Shown: positions 48,599 through 60,084, counted from the first letter of the stretch. The stretch is 64,000 nt of DNA from Squalus acanthias (GCA_030390025.1 JASTWF010000333.1:372001-436000); one strand, 5' to 3'. Translations and numbers: made by a program. Notes: generated by a model not told the origin, from the sequence alone.

Positions 48599-49339
48599 TA
48601 GCACTGGTGCAGATGGTAGGATATGGCATTTGAAGATGAATTCACTGACCTTGATCACGCGTGTGAGCTCATTAAACTTCTTCTTGCACTGAGTCCAGGT
48701 CCTCGGGGCTATACTACTGGCATTGACCACACTGGCTATCTGCTCACACTGCACTCTCGTCTGTTGCTGGGAAGGCCTCCTGGCCCCTCTGTGAGAAGAG
48801 GACCTCTCTGCTGGAGTTGACCTCCTGGATCAACACCTCCAGTGCTGCAGAGAATCTTGGAACCCTTTCTCTGGCTTGTTGAGCCATTACTCAATCTTCT
48901 TTTTCTGACCATAGCCTCCACAAACACTTCCAGCACCTGTTGCAGGCAGAAGGCTCCTCCCCTTTATGTTGTGCAGGCTAGCTTTAGTTGGAGCTAGACT
49001 CACACGAACTTAGAGCTCTGCTGAGCGTTCAGCACTCAGCAGCGCGTTCAGCGCTTGGCTGAATGCTATAATCATGCAAAGTAGCAGGCAGCACGAATGT
49101 TATGTGCTGCCTGCAGTCCTCCGAACGGGCCTGGGTTCCTATCACATCGCAATCCCCATGGCCATTTTCAGGGCTACCGAATTTCTAGGCCTAAACCTTT
49201 TACCCCTATCTAGCCTACGAGTAACTCCAGTCCTGCATGTGGTCCCTTAATGCCCTCAAAGCAACTAGGCATGAGCAATAAATACTGCCTTGTAAGGGTT
49301 GCATACAACCTGCAGATAACTAAAAATGAGATGAATGAT

Positions 49340-49528
49340 CAGTTAATTTGTTTTGGGTGGCGTTGACCAGGTAGTCAAATAGATCTTTAACATCCACCTA
49401 AGATACCAGAACGCTCCCTGAGTATTACACCACGGTGTCAGACTAGTTTATCTGCTCCTGAAGCAGAGCTTGAACCTACAACCTTCTGACTCACAGGCCA
49501 GAGTGGTACCAACTGAGCCAAGCTGACA
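49340..49528 (-). mobile_element. tRNA-derived SINE (DeuSINE-like) 5' part
   Basis: On -, TGTCAGCTTGGCTCAGTTGGT (A box) and GGTTCAAGC (B box). Confidence 0.7.
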
Positions 49529-49658
49529 GTTGGCTAACACTGCGTATATTTGAGAAACATTCTGAAACTAGTCTTTCACAGTCAAATTAATAATTAATTA
49601 AAATTCCACCTGTCAATATACTGATTAAAAACGTTAATATTTCCCATTTTATACTCAC

Positions 49659-49743
49659 ACCGACCTTTTCACTAAAAGTATCGCTGTCGAGGTCTATTGC
49701 CCTCTTAGCACTAACAGACAGTGACCCAGGGAGCCCAAAAGAA
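49659..49743 (-). CDS. putative internal coding exon of the host gene
   Basis: Acceptor tttcatattgtttcag, donor GGT/gtgagt. Only one open frame: SFGLPGSLSVSAKRAIDLDSDTFSEKVG. Lies in unique AT-rich sequence. Confidence 0.6.
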
Positions 49744-50607
49744 CTGAAACAATATGAAATAAAACATTTGTATAGCACAATAAAGTAAAATTGCTCTGAA
49801 TGGTATTAATAACAGATGCACTAACACCTTCAAATAGAATTCCTCTGTGTACTAATTTAGCATATTCCTTAACTGATTTAAAGCAAACAGATTAACAAAT
49901 ATATTAAAATAGTACACAGGAATTTCAGATAAATGCACTAATGTGCTTGTTAGAAACACTACTGAAAGCAATTTCATCCCCCAATAGTGTTATGATTTTT
50001 TAAATTATTTTTCATATATACTGACTAAATGTTCTGTTGCAAACCAAAAATGTAAGAAATTAACTTTCCACAAATAAATTTAATTAAACACATTGAGGGA
50101 AAAATTCAGTTGGTTTGCGCCTCCTGTTAGCGCCTTAAGAGGGCGCTAATGGGGCGCAAAGCAACTAGCGCCCGGGCGCGGCGATATCTGCGCCTCTCGC
50201 GAAATTGACCGGACATTTTACGGCGGCACTAAACAATACCGCCCCGATCTCCTGCACTCGCAGATCTTGACGTCATTCGAGCATGCAACGCCCTTGTGGC
50301 GCCCCGGAACGGAAATTGAGTGACGCTCCCATCCTTTCCGCCAGGCGCAACCAACGACAGATAGACTGAAACGCTTCCCAGTCGCTGTGGGGCTGGGGGG
50401 GGCGCTATTTAAAGGGGGCCTCTTCCTGGCTTTTTCTGTGATAGACATTTTTGCACCACTCGTTCTGAAAGAGTGAGAGAGAGTCTGAGAGAGAGAAAGA
50501 GAGACTTCTGCATTGAGTCAACGCTGTGTGAAGTAGTTTTGGCTACTGAGCATAACTTTGCAGGTACTTTGGTTTTTGACCTTCATAACTTTGATTGCCA
50601 AGAGACT

Positions 50608-51760
50608 ATGAGGGCTGCACTGAGTGGGGGCGTCGTCCTGTGCCAGCAGAATCGGAGGCCACAGAGACGCAGAGAGAGAGTGGCAATCATGGCCAGACGG
50701 AGGAGGGCCAACAGGCCTCTGTACAGGAGACCTTACCCTCCCAGGGTATTTCGCCAACAATTCTCCTACATTAATATGTCTGAGGAGCAGTGTTTGCGAA
50801 GGCTGCGCTTCAGCAAGGAAGTGGTCACTGAGCTCTGCCACCTGCTGCAGCCAGATCTGCAGCCTCAACTGAGGACCAGGACGTCTCTGTCGGTGGCAGT
50901 GAAGATCACAGTGGCTCTGAACTTTTATGCCACCGGCTCATTTCAATCAGCTACTGGGGACATCGCCGATATCTCCCAGTTCGTGGTCCATTGCTGCATC
51001 TGTCAGGTCACAAATGCCCTCTATAAAAGGAGATGAGAGTACATCTCTTTCCCCATGACCCCGGCCAAGCAGCAAGAACGCGCAATGGGCTTTGCGAGGA
51101 TAGCGGGCTTCCCCATGGAGCAGGGTGCCATTGACTGCACGCATGTGGCTTTGCGTACTCCGCATGAGAATGTAGAGGATTTCCGCAACCGAAAGGGGTT
51201 CCATTCCTTAAATGTGCAGTTGGTCTGTGACCACAGACAGCTGATACTCGCTGTCAATGCCCACTATCCTGGCAGCAGCATTCATCCTGCGCCAGACTAC
51301 TGTGGCAGAACTTTTCCAGGCACCGCATCACCCAGGTAGTTGGCTTCTCGGGGACAAGGGATATCCACTGTGCACCTGGCTGATGACACCGCTCCGTACG
51401 CCCAACACCCCTGCTGAGCTGCAGTACAACGAGAGCCATCTCGCTACCAGGAACATCGTTGAGCACACAATCGGCGTGCTCAAGCAACGGTTCCGCTGTC
51501 TGGACCACTCAGGAGGAGCCCTGCAGTACTTGCCTGAGCGAGTTTCCCTCTTCATAGTTGTGTGCTGCATGCTGCATAACATGGAAATCCTCAGGACCCA
51601 GCCAATGCCACCAGGCCTTGGAGCACCACCAGAGGAGGAGGAGGAAGAGGAGGAGGAAGAGGAAGAGGATGATCATCAGCAGCACCAAGGCGGGAGGGAG
51701 GCCCACAATGTTGAAACTGGAAGGGCCGTCCGTCAACGTCTGATAGCAAGCCACTTCTAG
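50608..51760 (+). pseudogene. Harbinger DDE transposase with two lesions
   Basis: ATG at 50608, in-frame TGA at 51034-51036, ~8-bp deletion after 51278 removing the SHD motif. [17 protein letters not shown] and [16 protein letters not shown] are intact. TAG ends at 51760. Confidence 0.93.
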
Positions 51761-51953
51761 GCCCCTGCTGAGGAAATTGCTTCTGCCATTGAGAACAACA
51801 TGAACGAAACCAACCCGCAACCCCTAAGCCAGCCAAGGCAGCAATGATTCCAAAGACCAAACATGTACATTTTGAATACAAAAACTTATTTATTTTACAA
51901 ACTCTGTGTGTGTCATTTCCTCATGACAAACTAATAGAAAGAAACACAAAAAA

Positions 51954-52240
51954 ACAGTCCAAAAATGTGTGGGTTAGGTTGATTTGGCTATGATAAATTG
52001 ACCCTTAGTGTTAGGGGGGATTAAATATGTGGGGTTATGGGGATAGGATGGGATATGTTAGGGGGAATTAAATACGTGGGGTTACGGGGGTAGGGTGGGA
52101 TATGTGTACTGTGGGGATTAAAGCAGGGACAGGGTACTGGATTTGGATGATCAGCCATGATCGTATTGAATGGCGGAGCAGGCTCGACGGGCCGAATGGC
52201 CTACTCCTGCTCCTAGATTCTATGTTTCTATGTTTCTATG
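51954..52240 (+). mobile_element. truncated V-SINE-like sequence joined to a CR1 3' tail
   Basis: CAGTCCAAA..GGTTAGG..TAAATTG.CCCTTAGTGT core followed by a CR1 3' end and (TTCTATGT)n tail. Confidence 0.7.
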
Positions 52241-52351
52241 TTAACATAACTGGTTCTCAAAACCTGGAGATAATGTCCAAAACACTAAACAAATGTTTGA
52301 CCACGAACCTCGGCCTTTAATAAAAAAATTACCAACATTTTGTCACACCTC

Positions 52352-54091
52352 CTACTTTTTGCCCTTCGAGGGTGATCTCCTTCCCTTGCGCACTTCCCCC
52401 CTTCCCACCCTACTGCTCCTCCGTAATGGTACCCCAGTGGCTGCAGCAAGGCTGGTGGAAGGCTGCTGATTGTCAGAACCTGAGACTGCAGATGCCCTTG
52501 AAGGACGGCCTCGACCAGCTCTGGGCCTGGAGGGCCCGGCTGCAGACTGCACTACAGGCGGTGGCAAGTGCAGTGGAGAAGTGACAGTGGTGGCAGCAGG
52601 AATGGCACTCCCACGGGGCAGCACTTCAGCATCCGGAGCAATCTGCTGGAGCACAGATTGCTGGCCTGCTGCGGCGCGGTGAGAGCCCCGGGGAAATGTG
52701 TCCCAACCAGCGAGGATGGCAGCAGTCAGTGCTCGCGTGGCCTCAATCTGAGTCTGCATGAGAGCAGTCAGAGATGGGGTCATGGCAGCCAGTGACTGAA
52801 TTGCAGCACTAAACATTTGCGTGGCATCCGCCTGTGCTACAGCGAAGTGCTCCACACTCCTTGCCAGTGATTCAATGCATTCGGGCACCCTTCCCACTGC
52901 ACCCATGAGCTCAGTGTGCATGTCCACCGCCTGGGTGTTCATTTCAGCGATCAGCCGCTCCTCCTCTGCGTCCAGTGCAGTAGGACTCGCTGGCATACTC
53001 TCCCTCCGGGGAGAAGGCCCCCGAGCTTCCCTACCCCCATCGCGTTGCTGCAGCCCGCTGGGTCCTGGAGCTTCACCCTCATCAGACTCTTCCCCCCTGC
53101 TCCCCTCCAGGGAAGGCGTGTTCCCAGTGTGGGCATGGGCTTCCTCGGGAGAGGGTGGCGCTGATGCTCCGGCTTCATCTTCCTCCTCGCCTGCAGCTTC
53201 ACTCCCACTGGCAGCTTGAGGGCCCGTCTCCTCAGCTGGTGAATCACCATCTGAAAGCAGGGAGGTACAAGAGTGGCTTTAGCATGAGGACAGGGTGGCA
53301 GTAAAGGAGGAATGAGTGCAGCGATTTAGTAAGTTGGATTGAAAGTGTCAAAGGCTGGTGTTGTGAGGGATAAGTGGAAGGAGAGAGGACAAAAAGGTGA
53401 TGACCTTACCATTGCTGTCCAGAACGGGGTCAGCGTCTCCAGTGGCGACGGGACTGATCACCCGGCTTGCCACAATCCTGTGGACGCGCGCCTCAAGATG
53501 GCTGAGGGGTTGCAGCTGAGGCCGCCCTCCACCCGTCCGTTGCTGCTGTCTCCTATTATGAGATAGCTTGGCCTACAAGAAAAAGGACGGCGTCTGAGTA
53601 AATATACAGCCATGGTCTTGCCTGATGTGCCTCCCACAGTTGAATAGCCCTTACTGTATGCAGCCATGGTCTTGCCTGATGTGCCTCCCAGAGGTGAATA
53701 GCCATTACTGTATGCAAAGTGTGGAATGTGCGTGTGTTTCATGAGAGGGCCATAGGTGTTGGATGAGTGTTGGGCATTGGGGTTTTAAGACCCTCTGGCC
53801 ATAGAGTGAGGTTGAGATGGAGGGATGGAGAGGTATTGAAAAAAAGCCACTCACCCTGACAACCCGAGTGAGGTCGTTGAACTTTTTTCTACATTGTATA
53901 TGGGTCCTGGGCACCATGCTCCTGGAGGAGACGCTCTGAGCCACCTCCCTCCACACTCTTCTGTACTCGCGCGGCAAAGGCCTCCTGCCACTCCCTGGGT
54001 ACAGTATTGATCTTCTGCGCTCCACCGCGCCAACCAGAGCCTCCAAGGCCCGCTCGCTGAAGCGCTGTGCTCGCTCCCTGGCCCTCTCCAC
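52352..54091 (-). CDS. three-exon Harbinger Myb/SANT-like DNA-binding protein, 432 aa, start codon changed to GTG
   Basis: Exons 54091-53855, 53572-53410 and 53250-52352 with GT-AG sites total 1299 nt in one open frame. RFSERALEALV..W..QCRKKFNDL..TGGG motif. Sister copies have ATG at the start. Confidence 0.85.
53607..53714. repeat. 54-bp tandem duplication in Myb intron 1
   Basis: CAGCCATGGTCTTGCCTGATGTGCCTCCCA..TTACTGTATG at 53607 and 53661. Confidence 0.9.
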
Positions 54092-55027
54092 AGTCCTTGG
54101 CTGGAAGATTTAGCCACAGGTCTCTCCAGGCTGAGATTCAAGGCTCCAATGAGCAGGGTGTGGCTGGAGAGCAAGATCGAGCCTCCCCTTTAAGAACTGG
54201 CCGGCGCCAGTGTGTCTGTGTTCCATCGCTAACTGACAGCACCTGCGCTGCGCCCGCGCTCTGAGGTAGCGCCTCGCTCCTCGGCCTTTGCGCCTTAAGA
54301 CAGGTGTGTAGCGCCTGATTTAGTGCTCCAATCAACTCCAGGGGCGATAAAAGCCAAATTTGCAGTCGGAGGCGATAATTAGCACCAGGCACTAAACTTT
54401 GCGCACGGCCGATAATCACGCCCCAAACGGGGCGAGACTGAATTTTCCCCCATTATATATACTGAGCGTAAAGACAGTTTAAATGGCAGATTTAGTTCAT
54501 TGTTATAGAGATGTGAATATTTTAGCAGAATAAAAGAATACACATATAAATCAATAACCTGTTTGAAAAAACTTTTTCTAATTACACACGTTAATGTCAC
54601 ATGAGATTTTGGTTGAGAAGAAAAAAAATCCATTATTCTACAACCCATAAAATCCATGGATCAAGATGACCTTCACAACTGATACCTACTTACATAATTG
54701 AATCATAGATTTGATAAGGTTAAAACCATTGACTTACAAGATACCTCAGAGCACTCAGTGCGTTGCATATAATTTCATTTTTTTAGTGCAAAAATTATCC
54801 GAAGGCTAGCAATTCACAAATATCTGTGGTTTAATATCCTTTATTGATAATGATATGCATAAATGTAAGCACAATGAGAAAAAAGATGTTATCAACCTTC
54901 ACACTATCTGTACCCAATTTAATAGAAATTATAATCTTGGGTGGGAGATGATTTGCACCTTAACTAGGCAAGAAAGCTGTAACCATTCCCCTTTGAGAAC
55001 AGTTAGCAACAATGTAGTAACCTTTCC

Positions 55028-55105
55028 CTTGCAGGTAGATTGAGTCATAACCTATATCTTGGGAAAATGCAGAAGATATAGGTTATGACTCATTCTACGT
55101 GCAAG
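55028..55105. repeat. inverted repeat, 33-bp arms, 12-nt loop
   Basis: CTTGCAGGTAGATTGAGTCATAACCTATATCTT / AAGATATAGGTTATGACTCATTCTACGTGCAAG, 2 mismatches. Confidence 0.95.
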
Positions 55106-55110
55106 AGGCG

Positions 55111-56280
55111 GGGAATGTGCCGATCCGGGGTGATGTCCCGATCCGGGGAGATGTCCCGATCCGGGGAGATGTCCCGATCCGGGGTGATGTCCCGATCCGG
55201 GGTGATGTCCCAATCCGGGATGATGTGCCGATCCGGAGTGATGTCCCGATCCGGGGTGATGTCCCGCTCCGGGGTGATGTCCCGATCCGGGGTGATGTCC
55301 CGATCCAGGGTGATGTCTCGATCCGGGGTGATGTCCCGATCCGGGGGAATGTCCCGATCCGGGGTGATGTCCCGATCCAGGGGGAATGTCCCGATCCGGG
55401 GGAATGTCCCGATCCGGGGTGATGTCCCGATCCGGGGGAATGTCCCGATCCGGGGTGATGTCCCGATCCAGGGGGAATGTCCCGATCCGGGGTGATGTCC
55501 CGATCCGGGGTGATGTCCCGATCCGGGGTGATGTCCCGATCCAGGGGGAATGTCCCGATCCAGGGGGAATGTCCCGATCCGGGGGAATGTCCCGATCCGG
55601 GGTGATGTCCCGATCCAGGGGGAATGTCCCGGTCCGGGGGAATGTCCCGATCCGGGGTGATGTCCCGATCCGGGGTGATGTCCCGATCCGGGGTGATGTC
55701 CCGATCCGGGGAGATGTTCCGATCCGGGGAGATGTCCCGATCCGGGGTGATGTGCCGATCCGGAGTGATGTCCCGATCCGGGGTGATGTCCCGCTCCGGG
55801 GTGATGTCCCGATCCGGGGTGATGTCCCGATCCGGGGTGATGTCCCGATCCGGGGTGATGTCCCGATCCGGGGGAATGTCCCGATCCGGGGTGATGTCCC
55901 GATCCTGGGGGAATGTCCCGATCCGGGGTGATGTCCCGATCCGGGGGAATGTCCCGATCCGGGGTGATGTCCCGATCCGGGGTGATGTCCCGATCCGGGG
56001 TGATGTCCCGATCCAGGGGGAATGTCCCGATCCGGGGGAATGTCCCGATCCGGTGTGATGTCCCGATCCAGGGGGAATGTCCCGGTCCGGGGGAATGTCC
56101 CGATCCGGGGTGATGTCCCGATCCGGGGTGATGTCCCGATCCAGGGTGATGTCCCGATCCGGGGTGATGTCCCGATCCAGGGTGATGTCCCGATCCGGGG
56201 TGATGTCCCGATCCGGGGTGATGTCCCGATCCGGGGTGATGTCCCGATCCGGGGTGATGTCCCGATCCGGGGTGATGTGC
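55111..56280. repeat. 18-bp CpG-rich minisatellite, roughly 65 units
   Basis: Unit GATCCGGGGTGATGTCCC with variants GATCCGGGGGAATGTCCC and 19-bp GATCCAGGGGGAATGTCCC. Confidence 0.97.
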
Positions 56281-56593
56281 TCAGCAGCGCCACGAGTGGC
56301 TACGTTGCAGCAGCTCTTCCCTGCATTAAAGGGAAGGGCCCCACGCTGCGAGTTCTACAGGTTTCATTGTAGATTTCTGGGTAACCGGGGAGCAGGACTG
56401 CCAGGCTGAGCGATCACGGCACGGACGCCGCGACCGGTGGCCGAAAATAATTTTCAAATCGGCATTTTTTTTTGGGCCGGCCACCTCCCACCAGAGGTGC
56501 AAACAAGGGTATTTTCGCACCCCCCCCCCCCCCCAATATTTGTAAATATTACAATCTTTCATTTGAATCTGAAAAAATGATCTCACTGACAAA

Positions 56594-59095
56594 GGCCAGA
56601 ATTTTCCGGGGTGGTAGCTGGCGCGACCGGTGGCGGGTTGGGTGGGAAAGTTGTTATTTTTGACAGCGGGTCAGGAACCCACTGTCATCCCATCCCCACG
56701 CGCCTTTCCCCCCGGGCACATCTGTCATCACGGAGCCGATCCGACCGGCAGCAGCGGGCGATCCAATTGAGATGATTAACAGCTAGTTGTCAGACCCTTA
56801 ACCGGCTTTGTTAACTTACTTTTTAAATTTCCCTGCATGGCCACGGGATTCACGCAGCTCGGGAAGCACGTCTGTCAACCTGAGGCGGGAGTTCCGTGGC
56901 CTTTGCTCCAGCTGATTATTTGACAGCATCAAATGTACAGTAAAAGCCCCCACCTGACAGATGATCACTTTCCTCAGGCAGAAGCTGTTACTCAGCCCAT
57001 TTCCAGCACAGATTCTGCAGGCTGCAAGGGGTAGAAATTAGGTCGCGCCCCATTTGTGGCGCAAATATCGTCTGGACGCAAATATTAGCGCCTGGCGCTA
57101 ATTATCGGCACTGACAGGAAACTTCACTTTTACCGCCCCGGGAGGTGAGTGGAGCGCTAAAGCAGGCGCTGCACACCTGTCTTAAGGCGCAAAGGCCAAG
57201 GAGTGAGGCGCTACCTCAGAGCGCTGGAGAAGCTCATGTAATGTCAGTCAGCAATGGAACACACACACAATGGCACGGGTCAGTTCTTAAAGGGGATGGT
57301 TAATCTTGCTTCCCATCCACATCCTGTTCATTGCAGCCTTGAATCTCGGCCTGGAGAGACTTGCACATCAAATGTGCTGGAAAGAACAATGGAGAGTACC
57401 AGGCAAAGAGCTCAGAGTGCAGCTCCCACAATCTCTGCTAAATCGATACAAGGAATGGCAAATCAAAATGAACCTGCAAAGTGCTGCTCAGTACCCAAAA
57501 CTCCATCACACAACGTTGAATCTCTCCAGAAGTCTCTCCCTCTCTCTCTCAGAATGCGTAGTTCAAAAATGCCACCAACAATAAAAGACAGGAAGAGGCC
57601 CCCTTTAAATAGCGCCACCCCCAGCCCCACAGCGATTGATAGCGTTCCAGTCTTCTGGTCGTTGGAAGCGCCAGGCGGTAAGGCAGGGGGCGCCACTCAA
57701 TTTCCGCTCCGGGGCGCCACAAGGGCGTTGCACCATGGAATGACGTCATAATCTGCGCGCGCAGGTGGTCGCAGCGGTAAGTTTTAGCGCTGCCGCACAA
57801 TCTCAAGTTAAGTTCTCGAGCGGCGCAAACATCGCTGCGCCCGGGCGTTAGCAGCTTTGCGCCCCATTAGCGCCCTCTTAAGGTGCTAACGGGAGGCGCA
57901 ACCAAGTGAATTTTTACCCCCAAGTGTTTCCAGTGAAGTCTCCATCCAGTCTCACCTCATTGGAAGAAATCTCTCACCATTGGCAGAATGCTTCTGTCAT
58001 CTCTACTTCAAATGCCATCTACTCCATCAACATGGGTGCTGATTATACTGTCTCACTTTGGTCCTCAGAATTGGACCGCGATCAGCCCCAACACCAGCAG
58101 CACCAGGCACACCAGCAGCACCAGCAACAACACCAACCTTCTCCGCAATCACCTGATGCTGCACAGGACAGAGGGCATCAGCACCCAGGCACATTGCTGC
58201 CCGGGAGGCCAGGAATGGCCTCATCATGGCCAGATTTAGTTAACTTTACACTGTACCCCCATATGGCTGCCATATGATGCGCCAGGTGGCACCACCCCAC
58301 ACTAACACAGTAAAGCATCCCTACAATGACCAAGCCATTCCATTCACACTCATCACTATTGCAGGGAGTACCGTTATGTCTCACCATTCACAGCAACTCA
58401 CTAAACCACTTCCAAAGGTGCACACAAATCTGTCCAAGACTGGAAAGTGTTGAAAATAATGATTTTTATGTTTGACACCACATTAACAGAAACTTTTCAT
58501 AAACATTGGATAAAATACCCTTGTGTGTTGTTAGTTGGTATGATTGCACTAGGATGAGGGTGAGTGTGACGGGTGGCTTGTGAGATGGGTTTGTGATAAT
58601 GTAGATAGAGAGAGAGGTATGTTAGTGTGAGTAAGGATGTGCAGGAGTAGGGGAGGGAAGACAGAGTGAAGGGGATGTGATGAGAGGCACAGCAGGATGA
58701 AGTTGAGTGTGGCTTTGTACTAACGTTACCTGCTCTAATGAGATCATTGAAACATATGCAGCAATGCACCCAGGTACTCCTGAACACCCCTGCTTGTGAC
58801 CTCCTCTGCAACCAGGCTGTTTTGTTCAGCGTGGACCCCGTGGGTGAGCAGTTAAACAGATACGGTAAGGTAAAATGTATTCTTAATGATCTCTCAATAA
58901 GGCAAGAATCAGCTTAATTCGGTCCCCGGCCGCTGACTGTCAGGTCTGCTCAGCGCTGACAGACCCGACATTGGGAAAAGCGCGTGGCGGTGGGTTTACA
59001 GCGGGGTCCCGACCCACTGTCAAAAAAAAACACTTTCCCACTCAACCTACCACAGATCCCGCCTGATGACCCCCCCCCCCCAGAAAATTCCGGCC
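56594..59095 (+). mobile_element. internally deleted Harbinger of a more distant family
   Basis: TIRs GGCCAGAATTTTC / GAAAATTCCGGCC. MGA..Q/H-rich N-terminus (58031) joined to a REARNGLIMARFS* C-terminus. Myb exon 1 remnant on - (TWVHCCICFNDLIRAG). No clear TSD. Confidence 0.65.
57028..57920 (-). mobile_element. 893-bp Harbinger deletion-derivative MITE
   Basis: TIRs GGGGTAGAAATT / AATTTTTACCCC, TSD CAA/CAA. Inverted near-copy of 60675-61567. Confidence 0.95.
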
Positions 59096-59757
59096 TGTAT
59101 TTCAGCTTAAGACCCCATCTTGGCCACCTCTTAACCACTTTCGCACCTAAAATATTTGTCGAAAATCGCTCCCTTTATATCTCATCTTTCCCAAATTTTC
59201 TATCACTTTAGTAAGTGTTTATCGACAGTAAAAAAATTACTTCTGCTTATTGCAGTTACAGAAGCTGATTAAAATCCATGGCCCAGAAATTCCCTACCTT
59301 ACCGCCACAAGTTACCACCGCAATCCTGGTGAAAAATCGTGGTAGCCACTCTAACGCCCTTCTCTGGTGCGCAACTTGCAGCCGCCATTTTGGTAAGGGC
59401 ATTAGCGATGCTGAGAGCAGCGCTGGCCCTGGAAATGCAAATATGGAGAGCGTGACATCAGTCAGCGTGCAATGCCGACTTAACGTCACGCTCTGCGAAC
59501 TTGGAACTTAGCGTTGAGTTTAGCGCAGAGTCCTACACTCACTCTGAAAAGCGAGCGTGCAGCAGACACTGTCAGAACTTCTTAAAGGGACACACACACC
59601 TTTCAGGTAGTTTTGCATTTAAGCTTTTCGACTGGACTTTTTAGATTTTATTGAAGTAGTGGCTTGGTGCAATACATGTTAAATGTTTTTCAATTGTGCA
59701 GGGAGTGCTGCTGGATACTTGCAATGCCTCAGATGGTAAAGGAAGGCCTCTGAGAAG

Positions 59758-59885
59758 ACCGAAAATGCTGGAAATACTCAGCAGGTCAGGCAGCATCCAT
59801 GGAGAGAGAAATAGAGTTCACGTCTCAGGTCGAGATGACGAGTATTTCAAGCATTTTCTGCTTTTATTTCAGATTTCCAACATCC
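59758..59885. repeat. short shark Penelope-like repeat remnant with internal inversion
   Basis: GAAAATGCTGGAAATACTC is the inverse of GAGTATTTCAAGCATTTTC. Shares its tail with 2530-2662. Confidence 0.45.
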
Positions 59886-60084
59886 TCTCGCAGAGAGAAG
59901 TGCAAGATGCAGAAGAGGAAGATGCAGAAGAGGAGGAAGCAAAAGAGAAGGAAGCAAAAGAGGAGGAAGCAGAAAAGGAGGAAGCAGAAAAGGAGGAAGC
60001 AGAAAAGGAGGAAGCAGAAAGAAGGATGGAGGCAGCCCAGACAGACCCTTTCTGGCCAGGATATCTGGGATTGATTAATCCACC

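Larger units (their letters stand above)
40288..49191 (+). mobile_element. Harbinger element hosting a nested LINE, provirus and MITE
   Basis: TIRs CGCCTAGAAATTC / GAATTTCTAGGCC. Transposase relic ~40770-41885 (RRPYPPRVFREQF, GTIDCTHI, SSSHDAFIL). Myb exon 1 on - at ~48650-48880 (WTQCKKKFNELTRVIK). Flanking trimers TTT/TAA do not match. Confidence 0.75.
50095..54451 (+). mobile_element. near-complete autonomous-type PIF/Harbinger transposon (4357 bp)
   Basis: TIRs GAGGGAAAAATTCAG / CTGAATTTTCCCCC, TSD ATT/ATT. Convergent transposase and Myb/SANT genes. Confidence 0.96.

Noticed and set aside
54738..54806. Candidate host exon on - with a strong gtaagt donor
   Set aside because: All three frames from the nearest acceptor contain stops as assembled. 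Removing one base from the 7-nt homopolymer would open a frame, but I cannot support that.
55052..56409. Long repetitive ORFs (413-aa GTSPRI repeat and others) or a CRISPR-like array
   Set aside because: An 18-bp unit without stop codons opens frames on both strands. There are no unique spacers or cas genes, and the context is eukaryotic.
57254..57751. Recurrent MEHTHNGTGQFLKG ORF (also 60956..61342 and 30382..30732) as a novel MITE protein
   Set aside because: It starts upstream of the putative TATA, crosses the deletion junction into antisense UTR and ends differently in each copy. Recurrence reflects copy similarity.
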